Below, in pieces: positions 36,789-39,839 of a stretch of 39,839 nt of DNA. The position numbers were made by a program, and so were the translations under genes. The DNA is from Myxococcota bacterium. Lineage in GTDB: Bacteria; Myxococcota; XYA12-FULL-58-9; JALHOP01. The stretch lies in the NCBI GenBank assembly GCA_041288095.1, contig JBGGMJ010000127.1, positions 1 through 39,839 of the forward strand, read 5' to 3'. The notes below the pieces were generated by a model. It was given only the letters and a program-made list of their open reading frames with translations. It made no database searches and had not been told where the DNA came from. Every line of letters begins with the position of its first letter. Positions within the stretch are counted from its first letter, which is position 1.

Positions 36789-37993
36789 TTGCGTTCGACC
36801 TTCGGGATGACGGCCTCGACGAAGTGCTTCATGTTGTCGATGACGCGCGCGTTGTCGTGGTTGAAGAAGTCGAACCAAAGCATCAAGCGGTCGTCGGGGT
36901 GAAAGCGCGTCTTCATCTGCTCGGCGATGGTGTCGGGATCCCCGATCAAGGCGTTGTCGGCCGCGTTGTCGACCTTCTTGGGATCCAGCGTGCCTTCCAG
37001 AGCGGTCCAATAGGCACCGAGCGCGTGCTTGGCGGCCTCCTGCGCCTTCGCTTTGTCCTTGTCGATGAACACGAAGGTGGTGCGCGGCATGTACCAGCGC
37101 TTCCATTCGCCGCCATTCGGATGAAACGCTTGCTTCAAACGTACGTGCGTTTGCTCGATCACTTCCGGCGCGGTGATCGAGAGGTTGAAGACGTGCGCGG
37201 GCATGAACTTGTTGGCGAGCTCTTGCGACGCGGCGTCGTGGCTGCCGACGACTAGCTGCAACAGCCTCCGGTCGAAGTGCTGCGGGATGATCTTCAGCTG
37301 CTCGAAGGTCCAGCGGCGCGGCAGCACGAACGCGTCGCCCTGCTCCTCGAAGTTATCGGCGCGCGCCGCGGTGACCACCCTCTGCCAGTCCTCGTCCTTG
37401 CGGAAGAGCGAGCGCGTCAGGAGCGGCTGCGTGACCTCGTCGCTCGACAGGACGTCACCGCGCAGCAAGCGGCAGAAGACCTCGACCGCTTCGGCGAACA
37501 CGAGGCCCTTGACCACCGGCCACGCCGCCTTCTCGGTGGCGTTGCGCGGCATGATGCCATAGGCGCGGTTCATGAAGTCGAAGCGTCCGGCCGAAAAGCC
37601 GACGTTGAGCTTGCGCTTCTCGCCGGCGCGCAGCCCGTGCAGCGCCGTGAAGTAAGCGATACGCTCGGCCGCCGCGACGGGTCCGCCATTGCAGACGATG
37701 TTCATGACGGCGCTGCCGACCTCGATCGTCTTGGTGCGCGCGAACACTTGATGCGCGAGCTGCGTGATGTCGCAGTTCAAACCGACCTCACCGCGCCAGT
37801 GAGGAATGACGGGCTCGCGGTTCTTCTTTTGTACCTCGCTCGAGAGATGCGACTCGGCGACCCACGCGGTGCCGAAGCCCAAGGCGTCCGCCGCCTCGAC
37901 CTGCGCGAAGAAGCTCTTGAACATCTCGGCTTCGCTGGGCGCCTCGCCATCGACGGGGGTCTGACTGATCGAGAAGAAGACGTCGTAGCGCAT
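36785..37993 (-). CDS. Luciferase-like (LLM class) flavin-dependent monooxygenase
   Basis: ADALGFGTAWVAESH, RTKTIEVGSAV, AERIA, LIGDPDTIAEQM, NMKHFVEAVIP. Confidence 0.85.
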   Translation of the reverse strand: MRYDVFFSISQTPVDGEAPSEAEMFKSFFAQVEAADALGFGTAWVAESHLSSEVQKKNREPVIPHWRGEVGLNCDITQLAHQVFARTKTIEVGSAVMNIVCNGGPVAAAERIAYFTALHGLRAGEKRKLNVGFSAGRFDFMNRAYGIMPRNATEKAAWPVVKGLVFAEAVEVFCRLLRGDVLSSDEVTQPLLTRSLFRKDEDWQRVVTAARADNFEEQGDAFVLPRRWTFEQLKIIPQHFDRRLLQLVVGSHDAASQELANKFMPAHVFNLSITAPEVIEQTHVRLKQAFHPNGGEWKRWYMPRTTFVFIDKDKAKAQEAAKHALGAYWTALEGTLDPKKVDNAADNALIGDPDTIAEQMKTRFHPDDRLMLWFDFFNHDNARVIDNMKHFVEAVIPKVERK

Positions 37994-38004
37994 GGCCAAA
38001 ACCC

Positions 38005-38787
38005 CTAGATGCTCTGGAGACGGCCGCCGTCGGCCGCGAGACTGACACCACGGATGAAGGAAGCGAGCGGTGAGCCCAAGAAGACGATGGCGGCGGCGAT
38101 CTCGTCCGGCGTGCCCAGCCGCTTTTCGGGGACGGAGGCGAGCCACTCGCCCAGCACCTGCTCACCCGAGATACCCCGGCGCTTGCCGGCACCCTCGCGG
38201 AGCTCGAGCATGCGCTCGGTGTCGGTGTAGCCCGGCAACACGTTGTTGACGGTGATGCCCGGCGGCAGCTCGCGCGACAGGGTCTTCGCCCAGCCGGCGA
38301 CGGCCGCGCGACAGATGTTGGAGACCCCGAGCCCGGCGATGGGCTCCTTCACCGAGGTGGAGACGACGTTGATGATGCGCCCGTAGCCGGCGCTGACCAT
38401 GCCGGGGACGACGACCTTGGTGATGGCGTGCGGCGTGAGCACGAGGCGGCCCATGGCCTTCATGATGGCGGCCTCGTCGGCTTCGATGAGCGGCCCCCCA
38501 GGCGGACCGCCGGTGTTGTTGACCAAGACGTGCACGACCCCGCGCGCAACGACGCTCTTCACCTTCTCGATGGTCGGTTCGCGCTCGTCGAGGTCGGCAA
38601 CCAAGGTGTCGACGCCGGCCGCGCCCGCGGCGGTGAGCTCCTTGGCGAGCTCGTCGAGCGCCTCTTTACGGCGGGCGACGATGGTGAGCGTCGCCTTGCC
38701 GGCGGCAAAGCCAAAGGCAGCGGCGCGACCGATGCCGCGGCTCGCGCCGAAGAGCAACACGTGCTTCCCGCCGAAGTCCATCTGCAT
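38005..38787 (-). CDS. Short-chain dehydrogenase/reductase
   Basis: GASRGIG, VLVNNTGGPPGG, GRIINVVS, ITVNNVLPG, ADGG; the catalytic YxxxK is replaced by SNICR. Confidence 0.88.
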   Translation of the reverse strand: MQMDFGGKHVLLFGASRGIGRAAAFGFAAGKATLTIVARRKEALDELAKELTAAGAAGVDTLVADLDEREPTIEKVKSVVARGVVHVLVNNTGGPPGGPLIEADEAAIMKAMGRLVLTPHAITKVVVPGMVSAGYGRIINVVSTSVKEPIAGLGVSNICRAAVAGWAKTLSRELPPGITVNNVLPGYTDTERMLELREGAGKRRGISGEQVLGEWLASVPEKRLGTPDEIAAAIVFLGSPLASFIRGVSLAADGGRLQSI

Positions 38788-38799
38788 GCCGCCCGCGGT

Positions 38800-39435
38800 C
38801 TATCCCGTCAGGATGGTCTCGGCAATCTCTCGCGGGTGGCCAACCAGGTGGTCGGCCCCCGCCTGCTCGAGCTCGTCCCGGCCACGGATCCCATAGGTGC
38901 AGCCGATGGTCCGGGCCCCGTAGGCCTTGCCGGTCATGACGTCGACGGCGCTGTCGCCGACCATCCACACCTTGCCGAAGGAGCGTCCCCCGACCAGGTG
39001 GGCGATGACGTCCGGCGACGGCTTCTTGAAGGCGAAGGTGTCGCCACCAATGGCCACCTCGAAACGCGCGAGCATGCCGAAGTGCTCGAGCATCTGGGTC
39101 ACGAAGCGCTCCGACTTGTTGCTGGCGACGGCGAGCGGCCGCGGGCCCAGGGCGTCGAGCATGGCCCCGACGCCTTCGTAAGGCTTCGAGGTGTCGAACA
39201 TCATCGTCGCGTAACGCTCCCGGTAGCGGCGCTTGAGGTCGGCGTGCTGCGCGCCCTTGGGCAGCGCCTCCTGGATGAGGTGGTCGAGCCCCTCGCCAAT
39301 CCAGCCGCGCACCGTCCCGGCGTCGACCGGGTTGCCGCCCAGGTCCACCCGCGCCGCCGACAACGCCGCGGCGATATCGCCCAGGGTATCCACGAGCGTC
39401 CCGTCAAAATCGAAAATCACCAGCTCGTTCGCCAT
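38800..39435 (-). CDS. HAD-superfamily phosphatase (phosphoglycolate phosphatase-like)
   Basis: FDFDGTLVD, VASNK, KKPSP, MVGDSAVD. Confidence 0.88.
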   Translation of the reverse strand: MANELVIFDFDGTLVDTLGDIAAALSAARVDLGGNPVDAGTVRGWIGEGLDHLIQEALPKGAQHADLKRRYRERYATMMFDTSKPYEGVGAMLDALGPRPLAVASNKSERFVTQMLEHFGMLARFEVAIGGDTFAFKKPSPDVIAHLVGGRSFGKVWMVGDSAVDVMTGKAYGARTIGCTYGIRGRDELEQAGADHLVGHPREIAETILTG

Positions 39436-39444
39436 CACGTCCCC

Positions 39445-39489
39445 AAAAGCAAAGGCCCCCGCTCACTTCGCTCAGAGTGAACGGGGGCC
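39445..39489 (-). terminator. Rho-independent terminator after the TonB-dependent receptor
   Basis: Minus strand GGCCCCCGTTCACT-loop-AGTGAGCGGGGGCC followed by TTTGCTTTT. Confidence 0.8.
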
Positions 39490-39512
39490 CCTATACGCGC
39501 TACGCGCTGCTT

Positions 39513-39839
39513 TTAGAACGTGTAACGCAAACCGAGCTGCGCGCTGAGCGGCGCCTGGTACTGCGTCGGCTGGCGGTAGTTCGGATTCACGCGCGCCGGC
39601 ACACCGTCGATGGTGCGCAGGTGGCGGAGATCCGAGCGACGGCCGTTGACGATCGGGTCGACGAAATCGACCGTGTAGCGATCGTCGACCTGCGTGGCGC
39701 CCTGATTGTTCGTGACGTTGAAGACGTCGACCGTGAGCTCGAACGCCTGCAGCGCCTGGATGTTATAGCGGAAGCCGGCATGGACATCGGCGCTCCAGAT
39801 CCACGACGTGCGACCACCCTCGCCGCGGCGAATGAGGAA
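39513..39839 (-). CDS. TonB-dependent outer-membrane receptor, Oar-like (C-terminal fragment; absent from the ORF track)
   Basis: Manual translation of an open frame from the window end: ..GRTSWIWSADVHAGFRY..ELTVDVFNVTN..NPNYRQPTQYQAPLSAQLGLRYTF*, ending in a beta-barrel terminal Phe. Confidence 0.85.
   Translation of the reverse strand, partial: FLIRRGEGGRTSWIWSADVHAGFRYNIQALQAFELTVDVFNVTNNQGATQVDDRYTVDFVDPIVNGRRSDLRHLRTIDGVPARVNPNYRQPTQYQAPLSAQLGLRYTF

Noticed and set aside
1..39839. tRNA, rRNA, CRISPR array, IS or prophage genes
   Set aside because: Intergenic gaps are short, and no cloverleaf, spaced repeat array, transposase, integrase or phage structural motif was recognised by eye; tRNAscan-SE/Infernal would be needed to exclude small RNAs.

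Overview
GC-rich, gene-dense bacterial chromosomal segment. Gene content is Myxococcota/deltaproteobacterium-like (Oar-type TonB receptor, DUF1592/DUF1552 pair, CarH-type B12 regulator); this assignment is inferred, not proven. About 37 CDSs; no rRNA, tRNA, CRISPR array or transposase was recognised. Highlights: (1) a translationally coupled minus-strand operon (SDR, luciferase-like monooxygenase, class 3 asparaginase-like protein with substituted Zn ligands, aminomuconate-semialdehyde dehydrogenase, 2-aminophenol 1,6-dioxygenase beta/alpha, KynB-type cyclase) that looks like a non-canonical tryptophan/anthranilate/aminophenol ring-cleavage route; (2) a stand-alone bacterial histone gene with its own promoter and terminator; (3) a sigma54 promoter > fliA > sigma28 promoter > flgM module with no flagellar genes nearby; (4) a PsyrTA/RqlHI-type RecQ-PRTase + DprA defence/toxin-antitoxin pair with atypical codon usage; (5) a CarH-like B12 photoreceptor sharing back-to-back promoters with a TIGR01777-SRPBCC fusion; (6) repeated signs of leaderless transcription. 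All family calls come from motif recognition by eye; no database searches were run.
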